A stretch of 64,000 nucleotides of DNA from NCBI GenBank assembly GCA_013115145.1, contig JAAPAO010000060.1, positions 1 to 64,000 of the forward strand. Reading direction: 5' to 3'. The position numbers and the translations under genes are program-made. Source of the stretch: Perkinsus chesapeaki ATCC PRA-425. Lineage: Eukaryota; Protista; Perkinsozoa. Positions within the stretch are counted from its first letter, which is position 1; every line of letters begins with the position of its first letter. Positions 1-9,899 of this stretch are shown here, piece by piece. Below the pieces are notes generated by a model. That model was not told the DNA's origin, ran no database searches, and saw only the letters and a program-made list of their open reading frames with translations.

Positions 1-257
1 CTACAGGTTCCTAGTGCATTCGGCCTCTACAGGTTCCTAGTGCATTCGCCCTCTACAGGTTCCTAGTGCATTCGCCCTCTACAGGTTCCTAGTGCATTCG
101 CCCTCTACAGGTTCCTAGTGCATTCGCCCTCTACGGGTTCCTAGTGCATTAGGCCTCTACAGGTTCCTAGTGCATTCGCCCTCTACAGGTTCCTAGTGCA
201 TTCGCCCTCTACGGGTTCCTAGTGCATTATGCCTCTACAGGTTCCTAGTGCATTCGG
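1..257. repeat. 26-bp tandem minisatellite, ~10 copies (consensus CTACAGGTTCCTAGTGCATTCGCCCT)
   Basis: Units start at 1, 27, 53, 79, 105, 131, 157, 183, 209 and 235, with few substitutions (ctacggg; cggcct/aggcct/atgcct). No spacers. The array may continue beyond the window start. Confidence 0.97.
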
Positions 258-385
258 TCGAAATAGTTGGCAGTTGGAGTCGCCCCCCTATATAACCTTC
301 TCTGGCTTCATCCCTCTTAGATCCTCCATCACAAGAGACGCTACTTGGCCTGATATAATACTGCCACACCCCTCCCAATATTTCA

Positions 386-1482
386 CTACAAGTATGACGA
401 ACCCCGCTGGCCTAACTTCGATGATAGTTCCCTAACTGCCATTTTCGCATCATCCAAGCATCGTCGAAGGTACCTGAGCCGCCTCCTGTCTCGTTATAGC
501 CGTTGGCCTCACGTAAGCTCCTTGTAGTAGCCCGATCTAGCTGCGCTCACTATTGCCGCTAGGGTTGCCACCCTCTCCTCCAATGCCTGCAGGGGTTGCC
601 TAAGCTTTATGCTGCCTTGTAAGGTCGTACGCCATTAAGTCTATTGAGGGACTCTATGCTCTTCACTGAGGCTAGCAGCTTCGGTTCCCTATGCCAGTCT
701 GTAGGGTCAACAAATACTGATAAGTAATGGCATTGGCCAGTTAACTGCTGCTCCTCTGTCATCCACAGCTCCTCTATGTCTGATACAGAGAACGACGTTT
801 GCTCGACCACTCTGGGACATATTATCCTGTAAAATGCCATATCAGTCATCACAGTGCTATACATCCTCCATGCCCTGCCTATAATATACAATTACCATAA
901 TATACATATACAATTACGTATTATTATACTGTATTTCCCACTAGCCTATATTCAAATGAATCCTCTCTTTATCCCATTACCACCTCTAAGCATTCTACAC
1001 AAGTGCCCACGGGAATGGTTGCTCATCGTGGTTATTGTTATGATACACAGGACAGTCTTGAGTATCCAGGTTGAAGCGTGCATTCGTCACCTTTAATAAT
1101 TCTCTTCCTCTTTCCATATTTCTTTTCAACTTCTTGTAGCTCTTCGGTGAGTACGTATGATATTTCCAAGGTAAGAGGATGCATCACCCGACGACCTTGA
1201 CGCGACCAGCATGGCCCCTACCAGAAGACTTAACACAACACGGTTGATAATGGTATGGGGACACCGGCGCTAAGGGAGAAGAAGATTCACAACACATTCT
1301 GGGACCAAATCGATCACTTCCGCGACTCGGTCAGTGAAAGTTCCCTAAAGTTGGCTGCTAGTTTCCAGAAGGTGTTCTTATACAAAGTAAGAATTGTTAG
1401 CATCAACAATTTCCAAGGCAGGAGGCGATTAGCTCCAGCTGTACGCGTTTCAGTTCCAGCTTAGTCTCAGTGGTCACCGGCA
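386..1482 (-). CDS. Hypothetical multi-exon protein, gene model unresolved
   Basis: Protein-like minus-strand segments (ELQEVEKKYGKRKRIIK; ORF 607-891; LRQPLQALEERVATLAAIVSAARSGYYKEL; RRLRYLRRCLDDAKMAVRELSSKLG) are bounded by plausible GT/AG sites. No family recognised. Confidence 0.3.
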
Positions 1483-1900
1483 TCCAATAGACCTGTTTCA
1501 AGTCCGAACCGGATTAGGCCAAGTCCATTCAACTTTACAAAACACCGCTGATAGCGGTGGACATTTCAATCGTGGACTCTTGTGCGTGACCGTGACGGCG
1601 GCGGCGGCGGGGCGATACAATCCTCGCTCGCCCAGAAAGGTGTTTCCGTGTCACCATACGTTGGAAACTAACAGCAGCTGTTGCCAGCTGAAGGGAGGGG
1701 GGAAAGATGAGCGTCTACGTTCCGAGGATGCTGGGCGAGCTGGGAGAGCGATTATTTGAATTTTCTTGTCGTCGAAAAAGTACCGTTACGGACAAATATA
1801 TGAATGTATCATCATAATTCATTTCTTCGACTAGTTACACTTGTTAATGTGCGCTGGTAGAAATGATCCTTCTGTTTAATCAGTTAATTGCTCTGCAGTA

Positions 1901-2543
1901 ATGAGTTGGCGTATTATCCCCCATTACTGTATCTATTTAACCATCCTGACTATAATCACACATGTGTTGTTTAATACACAAGGATGCTCAGGCACCGACC
2001 CTGGTGGTCCAACAGTTCCAGGTGCGTCCAGCTACTATTAACCTTCACTATGCGTTTTCACTCTAGTGTTATTAGAATTAGGGTAATGGGACGGCGAAAA
2101 TTTCGCAAGTCGATTCACTGACGCCGCCGCTCTGTGAAATATACTTCTGCCCTGCAAAGCTGCCTTCACCCTTACTGAGGAGGCATTTTATCGATGTCGA
2201 TGTGGATCCCCTTAAGCTTGTCATTTATTCGTTGTTATTAGGTGGTGGCGGAGGTGGCGGTGGTGGAGGAGGACGAACTACTCCGACGCCGAGCCCCACG
2301 CCGACATACGAGCCCAGCAGGCTTTGCCCTAAGGGAGACCAGTTCTGTTTTGATGTCCTTCGTGATAGGAGAACATACTGTAAATGGAACACTACACTAA
2401 CATGCCAATATGATCCATTGTTGAAGTGCAATTGTGAGAACAATACTTTTCCACCATCATCTACAAGCCCGACACCAACCACAACAACAACAACAGAGAC
2501 GACCTACCAAAGTGACGATGACGTTGGTGAAAGCTTAGCTTAG
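1901..2543 (+). CDS. Secreted/surface Gly-Pro-Thr-rich protein with a six-Cys module (mucin cluster gene A)
   Basis: Exon 1 is 1901-2021 (MSWRIIPHYCIYLTILTIITHVLFNTQGCSGTDPGGPTVP). A phase-1 intron 2022-2241 (GTGCGT..TTATTAG) joins it in frame to ORF 2202-2543 (poly-G, TPTPSPTP, CPKGDQFC..TYCKW..CQY..KCNC, Thr run). The 3' end may splice further. Confidence 0.75.
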
Positions 2544-2814
2544 GTTTACTGCCCGCACCATGCCTTCTATGTTGTTTACCAAACATGTGGAGTGCTTAAA
2601 CCCCTATTATGGCCCTACTAGCATGATTCAGGTTAATCGTGTGTCACGTTATCATTCTATACGATAATGGCGGTACTTGCAATTGTAGAAGTCTAAGTCA
2701 TTCACCACTACTTCACGAAGTTTCCAATCATGGATGGATATGCGTTGTTCACCTATAACACTAGCTAGCCTCCTTTAAAGTAGTGCCTCCTTCCGAAACC
2801 AGCCCTATATGTTC

Positions 2815-3529
2815 ATGAGTGTTCGATCGTGGCCACGCCTTCTCGCTTTGAGTGCAATTGCCGCATTAGTGGCAGTAGTGCTGGAAGGCTGCAATAGCGC
2901 CCCTACACCGGTACCGCAACCTAGTAAGTGGTAACGTTATCTTGGCAGTTTTGGGGAATGTTAGTGACATGTTGGCAGCAGGTACAACGGTGAGTCCAAC
3001 GAGGGTATCAACAAGCCAGGCGCCCACCACGACTACTGTATCATCATCGACAGCAACGACAGAGACTACTACCACTTTAAGTCCTACTACGACAACAGGC
3101 ACCACATCTACGACAACAGGGACTACAACAGGGACGACATCTACGACCACAAGGACGACAACAGGGACTACAACAGGGACGACCACAGGGACTACAACAG
3201 GGACGACCACAGGGACGACAACAAGGACTACAACAGGGACGACAACAGGGACGACCACAGGGACTACAACAGGGACTACAACAGGGACGACCACAGGGAC
3301 GACAACAAGGACTACAACAGGGACGACAAGGACTACAACAGCAACAACTACAACTACTGCAACGACAACAGAAACAACTACAACAGTTACGTCCACAGAA
3401 ACGACAACTACAGCAATGACAGCGAGTACGGCCAAAGGCTCAACTCCTGTAATCACTAGTTCCACTACACCTACTCAAACATCGCCACCCCCACCACCAT
3501 CTACCACTACGCTGAATGATGCTCCATAG
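2815..3529 (+). CDS. Secreted Thr-rich mucin-like protein with GTTT repeats (cluster gene B)
   Basis: Exon 1 is 2815-2923 (MSVRSWPRLLALSAIAALVAVVLEGCNSAPTPVPQP; alternative ATG at 2809). Phase-1 intron 2924-2981 (GTAAGT..CAG). Exon 2 is in the frame of ORF 2942-3529. Confidence 0.85.
3119..3340 (+). repeat. Coding 12-bp tandem repeat (GGGACTACAACA/GGGACGACCACA/GGGACGACAACA/AGGACTACAACA) encoding (G/R)TTT
   Basis: Read directly from the sequence; lies in exon 2 of mucin gene B. Confidence 0.95.
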
Positions 3530-3969
3530 GCTTGCGATGACAGTAAAGGCATATGACTCCTTATAATGCATATTTTTTGTGCCTGCCTTGTCAGGTAGAT
3601 ATCTATTAGAGTGATTAGCATGCTAGTCCTAAGATACCCCGTGATGGTATCTTTATAATAAACCTATTGCATCATATATTATAGATTATATGCTCTACCT
3701 GCATTATTGGTGATGGCAGTCACGAAGCTTTGTTTTTTTGAGCACCTTGTTGCTCGTCACTAGTTGCCCTTTTGGAGGTATCCATCGCTCAACTGCGGTA
3801 TGGCGTGTACATCATTGTTGTTTCCATGTTCTGATAGCTGTTATGAAGTCTTAGGACAGTTTTTGTGCAACAGTTACTCCGCAAGGGTTTCACTCACAGT
3901 AGCAAGTGTTGAATTAGGTTGCCTTGTGTCGTATTTACGCTTTTTCTATCAGTTTTTCCCGTATACTAA

Positions 3970-4426
3970 ATGCACTCAAAGCTGCAAATTCTCCTAGTCT
4001 CATTCTTAGTGCTGATGATGTCGCTGTGGTATAGCGGTTGCTCGTCGGCTCCAACTCCGCGCCCTTTCACACGTAGGTGGCTCCTTAGAATAGTATTAAG
4101 TATCTGCTGTCATTTTAGGTGTTCCAGCGCAATCCACCACAACTCCGGCTGGCGGCCCCACTACTGCATCTCCGAGAACAACCACGTCGCGTCCAGGTCC
4201 CGTCACGACAAGCAGGGAGCCGTCCACCACGAGTTCTGGTGATACCACTACGACAGCACAAACGACTTCAAGCCAACCTACTACTGAAACTACGCTGGCT
4301 CCTACCACTGCTACTACCGCGCAACCAACCACGGAAGCCCCTACGACTACTGCTGCTGCACCGACGACGACGACGACGACGACGACGAGCCAGGCTCCGA
4401 CCAATAGCAGCGATGTCATGCTATAA
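3970..4426 (+). CDS. Secreted Thr-rich mucin-like protein (cluster gene C)
   Basis: Exon 1 is 3970-4072 (MHSKLQILLVSFLVLMMSLWYSGCSSAPTPRPFT). Phase-1 intron 4073-4118 (GTAGGT..TTTTAG). Exon 2 reads RVPAQSTTTPAGGPTT...QAPTNSSDVML to TAA at 4424-4426. Confidence 0.85.
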
Positions 4427-4539
4427 CCTTTCTGTTGTATACCCTGTCTACTACAGAGGCTTGTATGCCTCTAAGTCAAGATGAGATATCTGGGGTCGTA
4501 AAACCATGCTTTAGCTTGGTTGGTCTGACGGGCATAATA

Positions 4540-6272
4540 CTAATTACTTCTCATCTCTTCCGCGGTGTTTTTGAGTTGTCCCTTTGCTAAGCACAACAGA
4601 AACAAAATAATGATAATAAACTCTATAGTCGGCATAGGCCTCACCATCCGCTCCGCAACCGTTGCATCTCGAAATAACAGTACTGTCATCATTCTTACGA
4701 ATAGCATACAGTACAGCACTGTATAGCTTAGTGAGGCTGATTTCACTCCTCATGGAGGCTAAGCCTGAGGGATCGCTCGTGACGGTCAACTCTTCTGGCT
4801 GAAGCAAGCGACGACCACCGATTCCACGACCTAACATGGCCAATGGCTGATGATATCCCTTTGAGGAGTAATTGATATGTAGTTCTAAACCAGCCTCGAT
4901 GGTGATCTGTGAGTCAAGCGGATCAGTACTGTAGTCACAGAGGTTACCACGGGTGCTCTGGCAGCTGACCAGGGCACATCCCCGAGCCTTCCAGGGATCT
5001 GGGGTTCGAGGGAAGATCCATTCTTGGTCGAAGGCAACGAGAGCAATCTTGCTATAGGGCGAGCTACTGGTATTCTTGACATTAAACGCTGCCTTGCAGT
5101 CGACAGTCCCATCTTGGCTGGTGGCGTATAGCTCATAGCGACCTGGCCTGATAGTAGCCACTTGGCAGTTGCCCTCGAATTCATCTAGGCTGTAGTATTC
5201 AGTGGTACGGTGATCACCTAGCGAACATCTGTCTGACGTCCGGGCCCTCTGGAGGGACTGGTTGATCAGCGTTGGTGATGATACCTGTAGAGCTCTGGTC
5301 GGGTGTAGGATGGGGATAGTCCCTGTTAGGACCGCGCTTCTGGATGACTTTGGTTTCATATAGACAGCTATAGGATTCCCAGTGGCGTCGTAAATGCCAC
5401 CACCATTGCTGTAGGCTGCTGCGTTGTTAGCGGCTATGAGACCGACTCCGAGGAACCGAGCCATGGCCTGCTGCTCCATGACGACACTGTAGGAGGGATA
5501 GGCTGAGGCCCACGACAGTGAAAAAGCCAGCAAGTTGACATCGTGCTTGTTAACCATCTCGAGAAGGTTCGATACGAACAAAAGATCATAGCAGATGAGC
5601 AGACCGACTCTCACAGTAGGGTTCTGTGGGAGGGAAAATACTGCGAGCTTCTTGATGGTCGGTTGGTCTATTGCGGGGGCTTCACCGAAAAGATGCCATT
5701 TATGGTAGAACTCGAGCACTTGTCCACCGGGACCAAATGCAACCTCGGTATTGTAGAGCTCCTGGTTAGTGGGGCTGTGTAGGATGTTGGCGACCAAGGT
5801 GATGTTGCTAAGAAGAGATAGGCAGCTGAGATACGCCAGAGGACCATCTGTTGCGCACTGTGAAGATTCTGGGCATTTAAGGGTTGGCCAATTGCACCCA
5901 GAGCTTTGATTCCAACCCAGTTCGATGGGACCATGATGAGCTACGTGTAGTCCAGCTTGACGAGCCTTCCTATCTCCGGCTTCAGTGCCGTCGTAGAAGT
6001 TGAGTACCCAACCCCAGAGAGACGCTTCTGGAAGGACCTGAAAGCAATGCAAGTCGATACCGAGTATCGGTGGAGGCCACATAATTTCTCACCACGAGGT
6101 CCGCCTCCGGTGCTGTTGCCCTAACGAGCTTCCCTAGGGCTCTCAGATCTCGGCGCAGATTACTTCTGGCAGAGGCCTCGGGAGTGGCTCTGGAGGTGTA
6201 CTGTATAGCTGCCGTCCTTATCGAGGTCGATGCTGATGGTATGAGGACACTTAATAGCACTATGATACGCAT
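4540..6272 (-). CDS. Vanin/pantetheinase/biotinidase-family amidohydrolase (nitrilase superfamily), secreted
   Basis: Signal-peptide exon 6272-6093, intron 6092-6038, then ORF with the Glu-Lys-Cys triad motifs (VLPEASLWG; YNTEVAF..FYHKWHLFGE; VGLLICYDLLF). A possible 31-nt last intron would give a hydrophobic C-terminus (IEFIIIILFLLCLA). Confidence 0.9.
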
Positions 6273-6811
6273 TGGTGATACGACAACCAGTGAGATAACT
6301 GAAACTGCGAAGATAATGACACATACCGCAAGAAGGCATTAATCCAAGCCGAACACATGGAGGTTGCTCTATAGGACAGCGGATAACACAGTTTCATAAG
6401 GATTAACACATCGGCTGTAGCACGTGACATAAAGAAAGACAATGTCCGGCAGAAACTGTCTACTGTCATGCTTGGCACAGTGATACCCCAATATGAGATG
6501 ATACATTAGGTTTACTTATGTGAGGGATGGAGAAGTGGCCGCCGCCAATAGCCGAGGGCATTCGAGAACACCGAGTCGTCGGGTAGATTAGTCACAACGA
6601 GTATCGCTACGAGACCGTGCTAAACGCGATCGAATGCGTGCACAAGTGGTGACAGTTCATTAATTCTACATACTGCTCGTACATGATTTTTTACATCAAC
6701 TTCTATCATGATCATTCGCGGTGGCCGTATTTCGCTATACTACTCTCTCGACAAACGCAAATACTACTGGTTTCAGAAACTGGGCTCATGATAGTATCAT
6801 ATCAAACGCAA

Positions 6812-7963
6812 TTAGTATTCATCCTCATCGTCAACTTCAGGGTCGACAAACACAATAGTTGTCTCCCCATGGTCGAAAGATACCTTATGGTATCTACCAT
6901 AAACAACAACACGTCACCTACGCAAGCCCTAACAGCATCCATACGCAGCAGCATCATCCAGCCTCAGTTTGATCTCTGCGATTGCCTTCTCCAAAGGCTC
7001 CCCTGACACCCGCACATAGCCTGTATAGTATCGGATCATGCGTTACCGTCTTCCAGTAATTCTTCCAAGGTGTACTTCTTAACAACCTCTTCGACGTCAA
7101 TTGTCGCTTCCCGCTCCAGAAAGCCTCTTCCGAAGTCCTTACCGAATCTGCGACGTGGAAAGATTCTCCGCAGGTTACTAGGGATGCCTACTTATAATAT
7201 ATTTCGGGCATCCAATGAACTTTCGCTGATATTGAACAAAGCATCCTGATCTCTACGTTCCGGTTATCCTTTGTGACAAACTCCTTAATAAAGCGTTTCT
7301 TCGCAGGTATTTCCCTCATGGACACCAAGCGTTGCCAAAAGGGTATAATAAGAACGGCCTAAGTGATATCAACTACACGGGATTGTCTAATGAACTCACC
7401 TGGCTAGAATCATATACGTAAGGCTTCACATTACCGAGCCTGTCGACTACCAAAGCTACATGTTGACCTAACACAATGATACGTGAGAGGTAGTGTAGGA
7501 TGCTATAGTAAGCAAGTATACGGTAATTTAACGTATGATCTATCGCAATAGGTGCACCTGATCATAGTCGATCTAGTCCTACAAGACATAATCTATTTAA
7601 CGTCGTCAAATGGAACGCCGGTGTATGAGGCCGATCTTTAAGTTAGTTCTGGAATGCCATTTTACACAAATGACTTAGCAGTAGACCGATTGACCGGCTC
7701 CTACTACAACGAGAGGTCATGAGGCTCTTACCAGGCACAACTCTAACAGCCATAAAGCCACCAAGGAATAATATAACACCGCCAACACAGATGAATAGGT
7801 TACGCCAATTTTGCTGTAACCATTCGGCCTTGCCTTGCCACGTACTCCCCCAGAACCGTTGTGTCTCCGCAGCTGGGAAGTTATGGGTGAGAGTTAGCAG
7901 CCATCGGTGACGCCGTAATAAGCCCGATGATCCTCGTCGTAAAGGCAATGACCGTAGAAACAT
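6812..7963 (-). CDS. Prohibitin-like (SPFH/Band-7) mitochondrial membrane protein
   Basis: Arg/Leu-rich presequence-like N-terminus and a TM segment (LFICVGGVILFLGGFMAV). Spliced exons give HVALVVDRLGNVKPYVY, LIIPFWQRLV, EFVTKDNRNVEI and RRFGKDFGRGFLEREATIDVEEVVKKYTLEELL, matching the prohibitin pattern. Ends VDPEVDDEDEY*. Confidence 0.75.
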
Positions 7964-8013
7964 CAGTGACAATCTTGATCGAGTTGCCTTCTTATCATGC
8001 GTTTTGAATCGAG

Positions 8014-8060
8014 CCGGGTTCGAATCCCAGCTAAGACATACTCCGTTTTTTTTCTTTTTT
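8014..8060 (+). promoter_or_regulatory. Pol III B-box-like motif (CCGGGTTCGAATCCCAG) followed by a T-run, between two divergent genes
   Basis: Matches GGTTCGANTCC, with oligo-T at ~8046-8060. No cloverleaf or A-box was found upstream. Confidence 0.3.
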
Positions 8061-8082
8061 CTGCGTCATACAAAGGTTTTCA

Positions 8083-9298
8083 ATGGCTTCCCTTCGGTCT
8101 CTATCTCGAGGCTTACTGTCCAAGCCTGGTCCTATGTCAGCTATTGGGCTGGCTAGGGCAGGGCAGTCTCGAGGGGCCTTGATGCGGAAGGGACAGACTA
8201 TCACTGAGGTACTACGATGGCCACCAGGTAGGGATAGTGTGCTTAGACAGAAGATGTTATTACACAAGAGGAACTTACTAAACTACAGCATCAATCTGCT
8301 GTTATTATATCGGATCCTATATGTGATGTCGGAGAGAAGGAGGTGAGTTAACCTCTGGAGAATCTTTGGTCACCCCCCTTCAAAGGTTAAAGATTTTCTT
8401 ATACCGACCAAGCCGCCAGCCAAGCTCCTCATGGACTGGCTTCCCAAGGTACTCCTTCATCTCTCCTTCGTCATTGACTTGCCTGTCAGCCCATAGGAGA
8501 TTGGTTGTGGTGGAGGTCAGGAAGGGCTAAGACTACAGAAAAGCTGTTTCGGCTAGTGCTGGAGCGGCTCGAAAACAAGCCCCTTATGGAGGCATTCGGC
8601 ATCACTATGGGGTTCAATCACCAGTTGTATTGGCTTACCCTGCATGCTTGGATCTTCCATCAAAAAATGGTCGGTCCTTTGAGCCTTCTATTGAAAGGCT
8701 CTCCCTTGATTAGTTGCAAATTGGGGATGACCGAATGGACTATTATTTTTTCGAACACATATGGGTGCTGCCGAAGACATGGCTGCTCATCAAGAGGGTA
8801 CCCGATTACCGCTTTAGTACCGAACTTCGGAACACTATGGAGTAGTTGACCAACCACGTGGCGGTGGAGATTCTTAGATGTTTTCAGGTATAGTTATGGT
8901 GGGTGTGTGGCACTGGATAGGGCATTGAGGAGAGGGGATATCTTAGCAGCCAGGCTCCAGGAGGTTGGTCAATCCTTTATTTGCCTCATGGCAGTGGTGG
9001 TCTTGTTAGCAATTACATGCTAACATCCACAGTGGTGAGATACAGAAAGATGACAAGAGGTTGTTATTGTTGACAAAGTATACAGTGAGGTAGTGTGGGC
9101 CAGAGGTTGGTAAGGGAGAGTATTGGCAATAGGCAACTATCGTACATGCTACGGGTGCCACATGAAGATTTCATATTTGCCAACTTTGTCTGGGCGGACT
9201 TCCCTTTACCAGCGTATCCAGCCAGGCCCTTGCCGAATAGAGGAGCGCTGATAGACAGGAGTAGACCAACTCGCATGCCACCAGTCCAACGGAGATAG
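8083..9298 (+). CDS. CBP3: Ubiquinol-cytochrome c chaperone (CBP3/UQCC1 family)
   Basis: Presequence-like MASLRSLSRGLLSK. Exons give FGITMGFNHQLYWLTLHAWIFHQKM, YYFFEHIWVLPKTWL, YSYGGCVALDRAL and ANIHSGEI, which fit the CBP3 pattern. Confidence 0.8.
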
Positions 9299-9391
9299 CC
9301 TTCCATAGGAGATTGCATCATGTTTCTGTCATCTCACAATGCCTAGTGTTTTACCATTGAAGCATTGCACTGTTGTCAGTTTTTTATCAAT

Positions 9392-9610
9392 ATGGCCACA
9401 GCAGCAGCGGCCGCCAGTTCTAAGTTCAGCAGGACGGCCATGGAGTCGGTGCGACAGAGGAGCCGCAGTATTGCTGGTGACATTATGCCGCCACCGTCGA
9501 CAGATCTAGGCCATCAATTGGCAGCTATAAAGATTGGCACGGTAGTGGTGGGTGGGGTATGGTTGCTTATCGTGGTAGTAGCATGGTTGGTGGAAATAGG
9601 TGTATTATAG
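9392..9610 (+). CDS. Small putative single-TM protein, or first exon of a larger gene
   Basis: MATAAAAASSKFSRTAMESVRQRSRS followed by a hydrophobic tail (VVVGGVWLLIVVVAWLV). Confidence 0.35.
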   Translation: MATAAAAASSKFSRTAMESVRQRSRSIAGDIMPPPSTDLGHQLAAIKIGTVVVGGVWLLIVVVAWLVEIGVL

Positions 9611-9899
9611 ATGATTGGGGACAGGGCTTGTGTGACATATTCTTAAGGATATGCTTTGCAATCGAGGTTGTAAATATGTAGATTTTTGCTCAGCTTGAAC
9701 CTTTGTCATCTCGTTTTGGCTGAGGGCTGAATAAGCCCATTACTCCTTTCATAATGCTTATCAATCGTAACGTATGTATAATATCATAGGTGCAAGTACT
9801 ATATAGTCTCGCACGGCATATACAATAGAAATACAGCATCTCGTTGCTATTATATTTTACCTCCCCAGCTTCCCTTTCATCAGGGAATGATATAGGGAT

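Noticed and set aside
1-257. CRISPR array
   Set aside because: Repeats are directly adjacent with no unique spacers, there are no cas genes, and the context is eukaryotic.
2866-3465. Val-rich 199-aa minus-strand ORF (also 4096-4419 and 2225-2482)
   Set aside because: These are antisense shadows of the Thr-rich repeats (ACN codons read as Val-rich NGT/GTN on the other strand).
7966-8038. tRNA gene ending at the GGTTCGAATCC motif
   Set aside because: No acceptor-stem complement, D-arm/A-box or anticodon arm could be folded; the T-stem has a mismatch.
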